From Camelus ferus (Eukaryota), in NCBI RefSeq assembly GCF_009834535.1, contig NC_045707.1:63862001-63926000 (forward strand): 64,000 nucleotides of DNA, given 5' to 3'. Numbering within the stretch: position 1 is the first letter of the stretch; every line of letters begins with the position of its first letter. The notes under the pieces are model-generated. The model was given only the letters and a program-made list of their open reading frames with translations, made no database searches and was not told the origin of the DNA. A program made the position numbers and the translations under genes. Below, in pieces: positions 1 through 12,300 of the stretch.

Positions 1-834
1 TGGATTGCAAAGGGCCTTGAATTTGAATGTCTTGCTATGGAATTTAGATTTTCTTTAAACCTTAGTTGGGCCATCAGATATTTTTAAGCAGGAAAATGAT
101 GTCAGTTTTAGAAAAATAACTGGCAGCAGTGTAGAAGAGAGATTGGATGAAAAGAAAAGCTAAAATTTATCTGAATCAAGAGATTATATGATTAGTGCTA
201 AAACATATGTATTTCCGTACCCTAATCTTCAGCAAAACTTTCAGCTCTGCCATTAAACTTTTAAATTGTTATGGGTCAGCTTTTTTCCCTATTTCCTCTC
301 AACAGTTCTTCTAAACCTTTGTCATTTCTTTTAGGGTTTTACTCAACTTTTATCCCTGTTGTTAGCCAATGAGCTTACCTCCTATTTCAGGTGATCTCAC
401 TCAACTTTCAGCTTTTCACTTCCTGCTTGTAAACTTACATCCATATCGATTTTCATTTCAGTTCCTCTGTTCTGAGGAAGTGGTACCCTTCTTGTTTATG
501 GCCACTTTGTTTTAACCTGATTCCTAGCTCTTAACTTCTCCCACCTTCTCTGGGACTTCGCTCTGTGTATTGTTTATTCTGATTCATCTTTAACCACTTT
601 CTCTTAAGGGATTCTTATTATAAACATATTTGAGTTTTCCATCCCAAAATTTAAACAATCCTTCCTTCCATTGTCCCTTAACTTCTTTTTAACCAGACTT
701 TTGGAAAGGCTAGTCTACGGTGCTTCTTTTCACTTTACGTCTTGTTCTTAACTCAGTGCATTTTGCTTTTCTGCCCCTATCAGAATACTGAAACTATGGC
801 ACAGTTACTTTGACCTGATGGCAAAATTCATTTT

Positions 835-1640
835 TGATTTTCATTCATTTTTTAGTTTCATTCTTCCATTTATTCAAAAATTAGTTGAACACTTTATTCC
901 AGAGTCTTATAAATTCATCAGTGAACAAAATAGACAATCATTTATGCTCTCATGGGGTTGTATTTTAAGAAGGGGAGACAGTAAATACGATGAGTAAATA
1001 ATAATTATAGAAAGAGAAAAAGCCTAGGAGGGTAAGTTAGGATGGAGATAATGGGTATAGGCTGCAGTATTAATGGGTGATCAGGAGAGCATGAATTTGG
1101 AGGTGAGATTTAAACAAAGATTTTGAAGATAGTGGGGGAATAGCCAGTTGGATATCTGGGGAAAAGAAGTTTCTAGGCAAAGAGAATAAATAGCTGGAGC
1201 ACTGATTTTCCAACTGTGTCCTTTGGGCTTTCTTTACCTGGGAACTTGACAGAAATGCAAATTATCAGGCCCAACCCTAGATCTACTAAAGTGGAAACTC
1301 TGAAAACGGAGCTCAGCAATCTGTATTTAACAAGTCTTCCTGTTAATTCTAATGCCTACTGAAGTTTGAGAATCACTGAACTAGAATAATGCACCTTAGG
1401 CAGAAGAGTTGTGGCATATTTGGGGAGTAACGGGGAGACCTGTGCCACTAAAGAAGAGAGAGTTGGGGGATGAATAGTGGGAGAGGTCAGATGTAATAGG
1501 TTGGGACATATAGAGCTTTATGAGAACTTTGGTTTTTATTCTAAGTGAGATAGGAGCTCTTCCAGGCTCTTGGCATCATTTGTTTTATATTCTCAAAGGA
1601 TCACTTTGGCTGAAATGTTGAGAATATTCTATAGGAAGTA
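835..1640 (-). mobile_element. LINE-2 fragment interrupted by MER5A
   Basis: ttcattc...cagtgaacaaaatagaca...ctcatgg pattern of an antisense L2 3' end, then purine-rich L2 body; boundaries approximate. Confidence 0.65.
1200..1378 (+). mobile_element. MER5A (hAT-Charlie)
   Basis: cctgggaacttg..agaaatgcaaatt..aggccc..gaaactctg..gtttgagaatcactg. Confidence 0.8.
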
Positions 1641-3289
1641 GATACATCTATCTATATTCAGTAATGTTTTTCTCACTGATCTTGAAACTTTGAGATTTCT
1701 GTGATACTGTACTTTTCTGGAATTTCTTACAACCTTCTGATTTTCCTTTTTAAAAAAAATACTTTTCCTTTGTAACTTAACTGTTCACGTCCTTGGTGTT
1801 CCATTCTTCTGAGGTATTCTCAATTATTATGATTTTAACTACCACCGATGTCCTGATGATTGTCTCTAGCTCAGTTTCGAATTTCAGGTAATAATTTTTA
1901 AAATACTGCATGACTGCACAAGACCAGTTTTCATTTTGGGAGTACTGAGTAAGAATTGAAATAATAATTATATTGTAGAGAGGCACGACAGTGGTAGGAC
2001 AATGCCTGACTACACATTCGGTCCTTTAAACCATCGCCTGCTTTTGCAGTCTTTGTGTAAAGCTGAATTTATGGCCTGAAGTTTATGATTTGTGCTTGGT
2101 GCTTATTAGGTGTCTGCCAGCTTAATAGATACTTGGCTCTATGCTACCTTCAGGGGAGGTACTGCCACCTTTTATAGACGAGAGAGATCCTTGTCAATTA
2201 ATAGACTTGTAATTACTTAATGAAACTCATAAGTTTCTTTCGTAGGAGAAATGTTTGGTGCTTTCTTCTTCTATTATTGAAAATCTGTCAATCATGTTAT
2301 GACAGATTCACATTTCTAAAACAAGTCTCATTGTGGAACTGACTTAACTCGAAGTTTGGTGGTTGAAGAGCCTTCCGTGTACTTTTTCTAGGGCACTTTA
2401 TTGATAATTTCTATTTGTTGAATAAGTAGCCTATTCTTTTACCATTAGGCCTTGTTGAACAATCAAATTAGGATGTTTGGAACACTGGCAGTTGGTATTA
2501 TGGGGAAAAAAAATACGAAAAAACTATACTTCAAGTGTAGACTTAGTTTGAATCTGGCTTTACAAATTCAGTTGTGTCATCTTGAGGAAAGATTCTCTTA
2601 GTTTTTAACTTCACCTGTTTTAGCTACAAAAGTGTCCCTCTCAGTACTGTTGTAAATACCCTGTAACTTTATTGTGTGATTTGTAGAGCTGTCATAGATT
2701 AGATTAACGTATAAATAAGATTTTGTAAATAACTATCAGAAATCTTGGTCCAAGGCTAGAATTCTGGAAATGTGTGGATGGACTTAATCTTAATACTTAA
2801 CCTACTTCTGCTGATGCTTTCCTAGATAAATAGAAGACATTTCTTTAATGAATTAATCCAATACAGTCTCTAAATGTTGAATTCATTTCAACTTTAGAGA
2901 TCTGAAATAATCATCATATATTCTTATCCGTGTGTTATCTATTCATTCAGTAATGAAGCTTTGTTTCTTATCTATCTGCTCTACAAATTCTGTTATTTGA
3001 AATAATTGTTTTTAGTTCAGATGTCATTTTCTCATAGTGTGTTTTTAATTTATAATTTAATATTTTGAATTGGTTTGCCTTATAACTTTCCAAAATAAGG
3101 CTGCTATGAAAAGTGGTCAGATTTTCATTTTCTTTAGCAACATTTCTTCCCTTTTGGTTGGGAGATTGAGAAAATGGGACCCTTTAATGAGACTCTTTAC
3201 AAAAAAATAACTAATAAATATTGTATAGCATTTTATTTTAATTGTAGCAATCTTTTAAAGTATTCAGAGTATGCTGTTTTATTTTAAAG

Positions 3290-3354
3290 GATTAGAAGAT
3301 AAAGAACAAAATTTAACAAGAAGAATTAGTGCCTCAGATATTCTATCTGAAAAG
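3290..3354 (+). CDS. ZFC3H1: ZFC3H1 exon ~3 (GLEDKEQNLTRRISASDILSEK)
   Basis: tttaaag| acceptor, AAG|gtaaga donor; 65 nt. Confidence 0.88.
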
Positions 3355-6300
3355 GTAAGATACTTCCGTATGGGGCTGGGTGTCTCTGTAAGATGATTCT
3401 TGCACTGCTTTACTCTGTTCTTTTGCAAGGGAAATTCTATCTTGCTTTTCACTTGTTTTCTTTCATCATTGCTATACCTCCATTTGGATATAACCTTGAA
3501 AACAAGAAAATCCGGAGAGACATCTCAGAACATCTCCACTGGGTTCAGTGAAATTGTATCTATGTGTCTGTAGATGATCTTTTTGCTTTGTTTATTGAAA
3601 CTTTTAATTTTCATCCAGAGATTCTCTTTTCCTATTTTGGGGGGATTATGCTGTGTGGGAAAGCGGAGTTAGACCTTGACTGGGTGTCCAGTTCTAGCTC
3701 CTCTTACTAGCTAGTGATCTTGTGTAAGCTACTTAGCCTTTTCTTGCCTCTGTTTTCTTTTCTGTAAAATGAGCTTAATGTCATCTGTTCTCTGGGTTGT
3801 TGTGAGGTTCAGGAGGTCGAAGTACAGAAGTACACTGGGTTTGACATGTAATTCGCACTCACTGGCCCAAGCCTTTTGTTTGTTGAATTAGAGAGCCGAG
3901 ATATCTGCAGTTTCTTCTATTAAGATTTCAGTTAGTTTTTTGGAGTAAGTTGAAATGATGCAAAGAGCCTAGGAGCTTTACGAAAGAGATGGCCCTGAAT
4001 TTAAGGATGATAATATGACATTCATGCACATACACGTACACACGTGCATCTATATGTTAATATGTTTTCGACTGTCCTCACAGTAACTCCGTAAGATAGG
4101 CTAACATCAGTTTTACAGATGAGCTAAGATTCACGTGGGTAGATTGTGATTTGCTTAGAGTGACATAGGATTTAAGTGTCAGAACAAGGAGTTTGAAGTT
4201 CAGTGCTCTTGCTCGTCAGGTTGCTGCTTTAAGTATATAGCTGAGTGACAGAATCAGTGGTTTTTTTAATTCCAAAAGGAATAGTAATAGTAGCTAAACG
4301 TAATCAAAGACTTTTTAAGTCTGAATAGAACAGTAATGATAACTTTAATTTAGATAAACTCTAGATCAGTGCTGTCCAATAGAATTTTCTACAATAATGG
4401 CAGTGGTCTACATCTGCACTCTCCAGTACGGTAGCTATTAGCCACATGTGGCTATTAAGCACTTAGAATGTGACTAGTGTGGCTGGGGAACCAAAGTTTT
4501 TATCCAATTTTGGTTAAATTTAAATAGCTACATGTGGCTCATTGCTCTCATTTGGACAGCATGGCCCTAGAATGTCAGTACTATGCTGTAGAATTTGGTA
4601 TGTTTAAGTGACTTAAAGTAAAAAAGACTCATGTTAATTTTTAAGCTCATTTGTTACATATATTTCCCAACAGTGAAAGGGTTAACAATATCCTGGTTTG
4701 GGTAAACTGAAGTGCTGAAATACATGATGGTAGTTCAGTTAGAGATTTATAATAGTTTATATAAAATGAAACCAGTAGGTAGGATCCCCTGTTTGCTTTA
4801 AGCTTAAGAATTAAATAATTTAATTGGATTAAAAATGTAATTATAATTCACCTATAAGAAAAAATTACTAGATAAGTGGTCCTTAACTTTTTTGAGTCTT
4901 AGCCTCTTTCGAGTCTCCTCTCCTCTTCCATTCATACACGTAAAGGAGGAATATACTGCTTTGTGTTTAATTTCAAGGGATGGGGAGGCCAAAAGACTCC
5001 TTTATCTCCCTCTCACCCAGGTCTCTTGGACTCCAATTAAGAACCTCTGCTTAGGTTGCCTGACATTTTCAGTTATATTTTAGCTAAAATGTACAGAATG
5101 GATTAATACAAAATTTTTTTCTCAAAAAAAAGTAGAGTGAAAAAATTAAGAAGCTATTTCAAGTGGGAGAAAGTTCTCAAACATTTGCTCGTAACCTATC
5201 TGCCTGTTTTAACTTTCCTGAAGAAGTCTTGACTGTTCAAAATATTTTCAGTATTCAAATAAAATATCTGTAGCTTTAGGACATTTAATGCTCAAATATA
5301 AGCAAATGTTTACATATTTTTTCCTTCAACACTAACTTCTTTTTTCCAGTGTTAACACTAATGTAACAAATTATAAAATATATATTTTAAATAGTTTACA
5401 ACTTTGAATTGACATTCACTGTACCTCTTCTCTGTATTACTTGTAAGACTATTAGAATCATGTGATTTTGGAACCAGTTTATTCTTCATTCCTTACCTCC
5501 CTTGGGTTGATTTCTTTTTATAGTCACTACCGTCAGAATTTTACTCTTTCTTGTTTCTGAAGCCAGTTAAATGTCAATCTCTAACCCTTAACTTTTTCCC
5601 CCCATGATTCTGTTCCATCAGTTGTACCCCCCACTCCACCCCCAACCCTTCACACTTACATATATACACATGCTCTCCACATATCGGTCTTCTGCTTGTA
5701 TGATAGGAACTGATTTATTAGAGTGTAGGGCTAAGTTATTGTTTCCTCATTTATATTTACCATTTAAATACTTGCCTTAAAGCTAACTTTAAATTCTAAT
5801 CTTATAGAAGATTTGATTTGGTAATATGTTTAAGGTCGAATAGTAGAATTTTTAAATGGCATCTCTTTCTTTTAAAGAAACTTGGCGAAGATGAAGAGGA
5901 GCTGTCTGAACTGCAGCTTCGTCTTTTGGCTCTCCAGTCAGCCAGTAAAAAATGGCAACAAAAAGAACAGCAGGTGATGAAAGAGAGCAAAGAAAAGCTG
6001 ACGAAGACGAAAACCGTGCAGCAAAAAGTTAAAACCAGCACAAAAACACATTCGGCCAAAAAAATTAGCACTACAGGTGATCATTTCTGTTACATTCTTT
6101 TAATTGATTTCATATGTCAGTATAGTTTCTAGATTTTAATTCAGAAAGTTTTTTGAGTTGGGGAATTACAGGGCAATCCTATATAAACAATCCTATGTAA
6201 ATAGACCTTGGAGGAGCAGCTGTATATATGAGTTAATGAAAATAATTGTTAAAGCTCTTGTTTTCTTTCATATTCTAGAAAATTCCAGCTCTAATAGATA

Positions 6301-9300
6301 CTGATGTTTCTGTATTTTTCACTTGAAGCTAAACAAGCATTGAGGAAGCAGCAAACAAAGGCATGGAAGAAACTACAGCAACAAAAGGAACAGGAAAGAC
6401 AGAAAGAGGAGGATCAGCGGAAACAAGCTGAAGAAGAAGAGAGAAGGAAAAGAGAAGAAGAAATCAGAAAAATTCGAGATCTCTCAAATCAGGAAGAGCA
6501 GTACAATCGATTCATGAAATTGGTTGGTGGAAAGAGGAGATCGAGAAGTAAAGTAAGGAGTTCAAAATATAACATCAAAACATTGCTCAAATCTCAGTGT
6601 CTTTATAGTCCTACTTCATGAAATCAGTCAACTGAGAAAAAATACTAAGGGCTTTTGTTTGGAGAGCTCATTATATAAATAACTTTGGGGGAGAAGGGAA
6701 GGTGAGTTATACTTAGGAATGTGTCCTTTTTATAGTTTCAGGTATTAGAAATAGAAATGAAAGGTTAAAATTATAGTTAGCAAAGCCTGCTTTTAGCTTT
6801 TTCATCACTTTCTATTATAGAAGAAAGTAATATTATTGAATTGTAGTGAGGACTTGTTCTAAAAATGGCTATTCCCTAAGTACAGGGGCAGAATTTCATT
6901 AGTTTTTCATTGTTGAGTGGTGTAGAATTAGAAATGTGCCATGATGAATTGGTATAAACTATTTTAAAGAAAGTTACATCATCATGTAGTAATGGCCTTA
7001 GTGCATGTGGCTAATTTATGTAGTTATCAAGCATTTGTGAGCCTTTATAAGTCATTGATAATGACTGAGTGAGAAATTTTCTTTTATGGATGGTGTCAGG
7101 AAGTAAACTGGAGATTTAATATTGATCTAGTGCTATTACCACTGACAAATTTCAGAATTATGAACTCTGTAAGTAGTCTTACTTTGAACTTCCAGGAAGC
7201 ACTTCAATAGAATCTTTTTTGTTTTTAGAGAAGTATTATATTTGCACATTACTCTTATATCCCTCTGGATAGGTTTTGCTAGTTTTCAGTTTGTTATGAA
7301 CTGTCTAGGAGTGAAACATTGTAAAAAGTCAAAAAACCAAAAAAAGCCAAGACACAAGCATAGTGACCAAACGTTTTTCAGTTTTCAACTATCATTAATT
7401 TATTGATAATTAAAATGTTACTGGATTATTTGGGCAATGTTCTAAACATGGTTTTGATTGTGTAAAACTTGAATTTGTTTATCTGATTTCTTAACTTGCA
7501 GGGAAGGAGCATTACTATTTATGACCTTGGTGTCATTGGTGTCATTTTCTAGAGGAATAGCTGATTATTTAGTAGCTCAGCTCGCTATGGGGGATTTCAT
7601 CTCTATATAGTACTTGTTCACTTCGTTTTGTCAGATAGTTGTAAAATGTCCACCACAGTGTATCTGTTATATATATTGAATTTCCCAAATCAGATGTGAT
7701 AGACATTCTAACTGGATCACCATGATTTTTGATACTGTTCCATAAAAGCTAACTATTAATTGTTTTATAATTTCTAGCCTAAGAATAGACTAAGACAGAA
7801 AAATGTGAAACTAAAAAAAAACCATCTTGTGTACTTAGTCTTCAGATCCTGACCTGAGACGATCCTTAGATAAGCAACCTACTGATGGTGGAGGAGGCAT
7901 TTATCAGTATGATAACTATGAAGAAGTTGCTATGGATACAGATAGTGAAAACAATTCTCCAGGTATGAGCTAGAACTTTAAACATTTGCGTATTCACAAT
8001 CACTAAATAGAAAATGGTCACAAGGCTACCTAGAACCTTGAAGGAAATGTGTAGTGAAAGTGAGATTTGCTGGTGGGTTGTACAACCAGGCATCATTTGG
8101 TGTTACAGATACTTCAAGAGCAAACCTCAAATGTGTCAATGTTAACCTTTATTTACAGGTATTTCTTTCTAGATAGCATTTTAATAAAAAGGCAGTGTTG
8201 TATGATTATTTGTTGGATCTAAAAAGTGTAGATTGTGGGAAAGATGAGAACACTGCTTTAAAAACAAACCTTTGACCTCTTAAGGATCTTTATATCTAAG
8301 ACAATCTTTGCTTTAGTTAAAAAAAGGGATCTTTCTTGTGTTTGGGCTTCCTTCTGCCTTCCAGTGATGATGCTTTGCAGGAATATGGAGACGGGAAGTG
8401 GTACTAGTGGCGTCTCAGGACAGCTGGTTAGAACTGTTTGGGCTGTACCTCAGTTAGATTGTGCACTTCAGGATCTGACTCTCCTTGAGGGCTAGAGACT
8501 TGCTTTGGTTGATATTCAGGGATGATTGGCTGTGAGAGCAAATTAGAAACCCACTTTAATGTGTCTAGAGAGAAGACAGAATCTGTATGACTTGGGTAAT
8601 ATTTTAGCAAAAGTGCTCGTTTTCAGGTTATTATATTTGGGCTCATATTTAATAATCTTATATTTTGATTTCATAATTTAATTCTTTTTGGTCAATCTAA
8701 TTTTCTTATTTTCAGGTTCTTGGAGAGGATTCATTGTAGTTCCCAAGTATTGACGATATTATTATTACTCTTTCTAGAAAATAACTTCATGGTCTACCCT
8801 TTTAAAAGCATTTTGTAAAAAAATTATTATGCAGAGAATGGATTCTTCAGTCAGCTTTGTAAATTTTAACTTTTTACCATATTCACTACAGATATTTACA
8901 TTTTTAAGAAGTAAAATCCTTAAATAAAGGCCAGTGTGTAATAAATAATATCGCTTGGGCCACAAGTCAGCCCCTTATAAGGCATATGGTTAATATCCAT
9001 ATTGACGTGAGAGACAACTGGGACAAAGAGGAAACATTAATTTTCCTTAAGGCTATCTGGTTACTAGGTTACAAGGGTAGTCTTTGAATCTGCTATATTT
9101 CACTTAAGAAACCACTGAAGGTAAAATGCATGATTATTTTTATCTGCTACAAAGGAAGAAGAAATGCTAACAATTTAACTGAGATTCATCAATAACTATT
9201 TCAGAATTATTAAAATGGGAAAAATGTACACTTTAATGATTAAATACAGTAGGTAATTCTTTTCGTTCTTAGTCCTGTTTGCTTTCTATCCAATTAAAAT

Positions 9301-12300
9301 AGTCCATTTGTTCACTTTTCTTTGCTCCGTATGAAGGGAAGAATGGGGTCACCACATCACTGTTTTCTTATGGTTGGGACATGTATGCAGATTCAGGGGA
9401 ATTTTTTCTTTTATTAGTTCTTAAAAAGTATGTTTGTTTAAAAATGTATCTTTCTTGCCTTTCCTGCTCTATTCCCTGTTGCCACCATCAGGTGAAAAGT
9501 AGAACAAAGCAGAGAGTTTTGAGGGACTAAGTGTCAGTTTAAGAGGATGGCTGACTATATGATGATATAAGGACAGTTTTAAGTAAGTGGAGGTGGTCTC
9601 ATGGAGGTTAAAGATTTTACTGCAGATTACTAAAACTCACTTGGACTCTATCTTGATGCAGTTGTATTTCTTCAAACATCATGAATTTATTTCTGTTGAA
9701 GTATTTCTGTTATTAAATTCTTACATTTTTTTTTTTTTTTAATAGCTCCTTCACCGGTGCAACCACCATTCTTCTCTGAATGTTCACTGGGGTATTTTTC
9801 TCCAGCACCATCTATTTCTTTGCCTCCGCCACCTCAGGTTTCTGTAAGTGAGAATTGATATAATTTCTAAGAAAATTTTGTTGATTTGTGTCTATTCTAA
9901 TTTGTTTTGAGAAGCTGGCATGTAATTAATTAATGGTTAGATTTGAAGAGAGTGTAAAAAAATCATAATTGCTTACCAGAATTAATAGCCGTGAAATCTG
10001 TGGAATAAACAATTGATTATTTATTAACAGAATATACATTTGGTAGATTTTTTTCATAGCTAATTTTTAATCTCATGTTGACTTTCAGTACTTAGCATGT
10101 TTCCTTCTTTCTTCTCTTTGTGCCTCAGAAAAATTTCCAAAGCAGGATTAGATTATCTACTGTTCTGAATTTTTTTAGGAGGGAATTAGGATTTAAGTGC
10201 ATTAAGGGTCTTCTAGAAATTTTTTCATTTCTCTTCTTTTGACATATACAGTTATTTTTAATTTGAAAATCCAGTAAAATAAAAGCATTGTCTATGCAAG
10301 TAAATTTCTTTTTTGAAGAGCTCCCAGTCCCTATTAAAAAAAGAAGAAAAAAAAGAAAAAAAGAAAAGGAAATGGAGGAATCACAAAGTAAAAGTTCTGA
10401 AGTTATTTCTAGATTGAAAGAACCTAGAGACCAAACTGACCTCTCTCAGGAGGTTTGTGGGAACCTTGCCATTTCACAGTTCCTAGGTAGACATCTGGTG
10501 TCTTCCTAGGAAATTTAAGATGAGGGAATATTAGAGCAGAGAGTGAGACAGAAATGTTTTTTCTTTCTTTCCTGAACTGTTTTAAATGCCAAGAGAAACA
10601 CTGGAAAGCCTTTAGAGCAAAAATATATGCAAATTGAGGGATTTGGGTGAAGTTAACTATGGATAGCCTCTAAGAAGCCATTTACCAGGGTAGTGGTGAC
10701 TCTTTTTGACACTTAATTCTTAAGATACTCTGAACTATTCCCAGAAGCACTTTGGTTCCTAATTTTTAATTTTTACTTAAATATCATGTGTTTCTGATTT
10801 TGCAGTATCTATTTGTTTCAGGTAGCTGTCTAGGGGGATAAACCCTGTAAAATTTGATTTCTCCATTAGAATGCTAAATGAAGATTAGAACGGGAATGGA
10901 GAAGTTTGTATACTTACCTTGAAGTTGATAAATATTTCAAATATCATTGATTTTTATATTTTTGTAAAAATCACACTTTTTCATGGCTAAATACTGAATT
11001 TGGGTTAGTTCTGAGATTTACAGTATACTTAGTTCACGTATGGTTACAGCTAAAGTAGTAACTTGAAGTTTACCTTTTTCTAATTTAATGTTACTCTAGA
11101 GATAAACGTTTGGAATTGGTAAAATTTGCATTGTAATTACTGTTTTTTCTTTTTTAAACAATAACTAGTCTATACCACCTTTGAGCCAGCCTTATGTGGA
11201 AGGCTTGTGTGTTTCTCTTGAACCTCTACCTCCTCTGCCACCTTTACCACCTCTTCCACCTGAAGATCCAGAACAGCCTCCAAAACCACCCTTTGCAGAT
11301 GAGGAAGAGGAGGAAGAAATGCTGCTTCGAGAAGAGCTACTTAAATCTCTAGCGAATAAAAGAGCTTTCAAGCCAGAGGTAATTTAGGTACCTGAACCTC
11401 TAGGTGGTGCTCTTGAGCTTAGTTTTAGGTAGCCCTCTTCTCTGCTAATCTGGGATCCATTGGTCTTTTCAGTTAAGTAGGGATAAGTCTAATACTAATT
11501 TGCTCAAGACTAAAAGATGACAGAAATTTCTTTTCATTTAAAAATGCTTAAATCTGTCTCTTCTTTATTTAGGAAACATCCAGTAATAGTGACCCACCTT
11601 CACCTCCAGTTCTGAACAGTTCACAGTCTGTGCCAAGAAGCAATCTGTCGATAGTCAGTATTAACACAGTATCTCAGCCTAGGATACAGAACCCAAAGTT
11701 TCACAGAGGACCTCGTCTTCCACGAACTGTGATCTCGGTAAAAACAAACAAAATAACTAGTCCTACTCTTATACAAACAGCCTGTGAGAAGCTTTGTATG
11801 CAGTTTTGCTGTCTTATTCCTCACCTCATAGTTTATTTAATACAAACATACTTATTATTTGTTATGTATTAATAGTGAAATGGGAGCTTCCTCACTTGAA
11901 AATGGGTAGTTTATGATAATGTTTTTGGAGAAGCATTATTTTCATCAGAGTGGTATTCTTCCCTCTGCCATTTCCTCTATTTTTGTTCTATATAAGTTGA
12001 TCCGTTCAGATTTTCTGTCTATTCTAGAGCCAATTTTAGCAAATTATATATTTTTAATTTTTCCCATCTTTGTTTATGGTTTGCTCATATTTTTCCAACT
12101 AGTGACTATTCTGTAATGGAAAAATTTATGATGTTTATTGATATTTATTAAGGAGATTAAAATGACAATTTCTTTCTACCTTGTTTTCTAATGGCTTCAA
12201 AGTAAAGTAAATGAAGGAAACCCAAGATGAAATCTTGCCTCTGTTAGGTAAACCACCTTGGGCACTTATCCTCTATAGATGACCACAAAAGCCAAAAAGT

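Noticed and set aside
10288..10509. Lys/Glu-rich ORF inside a ZFC3H1 intron
   Set aside because: Produced by an A-rich tract; flanking exons 9843 and 11169 already join in frame
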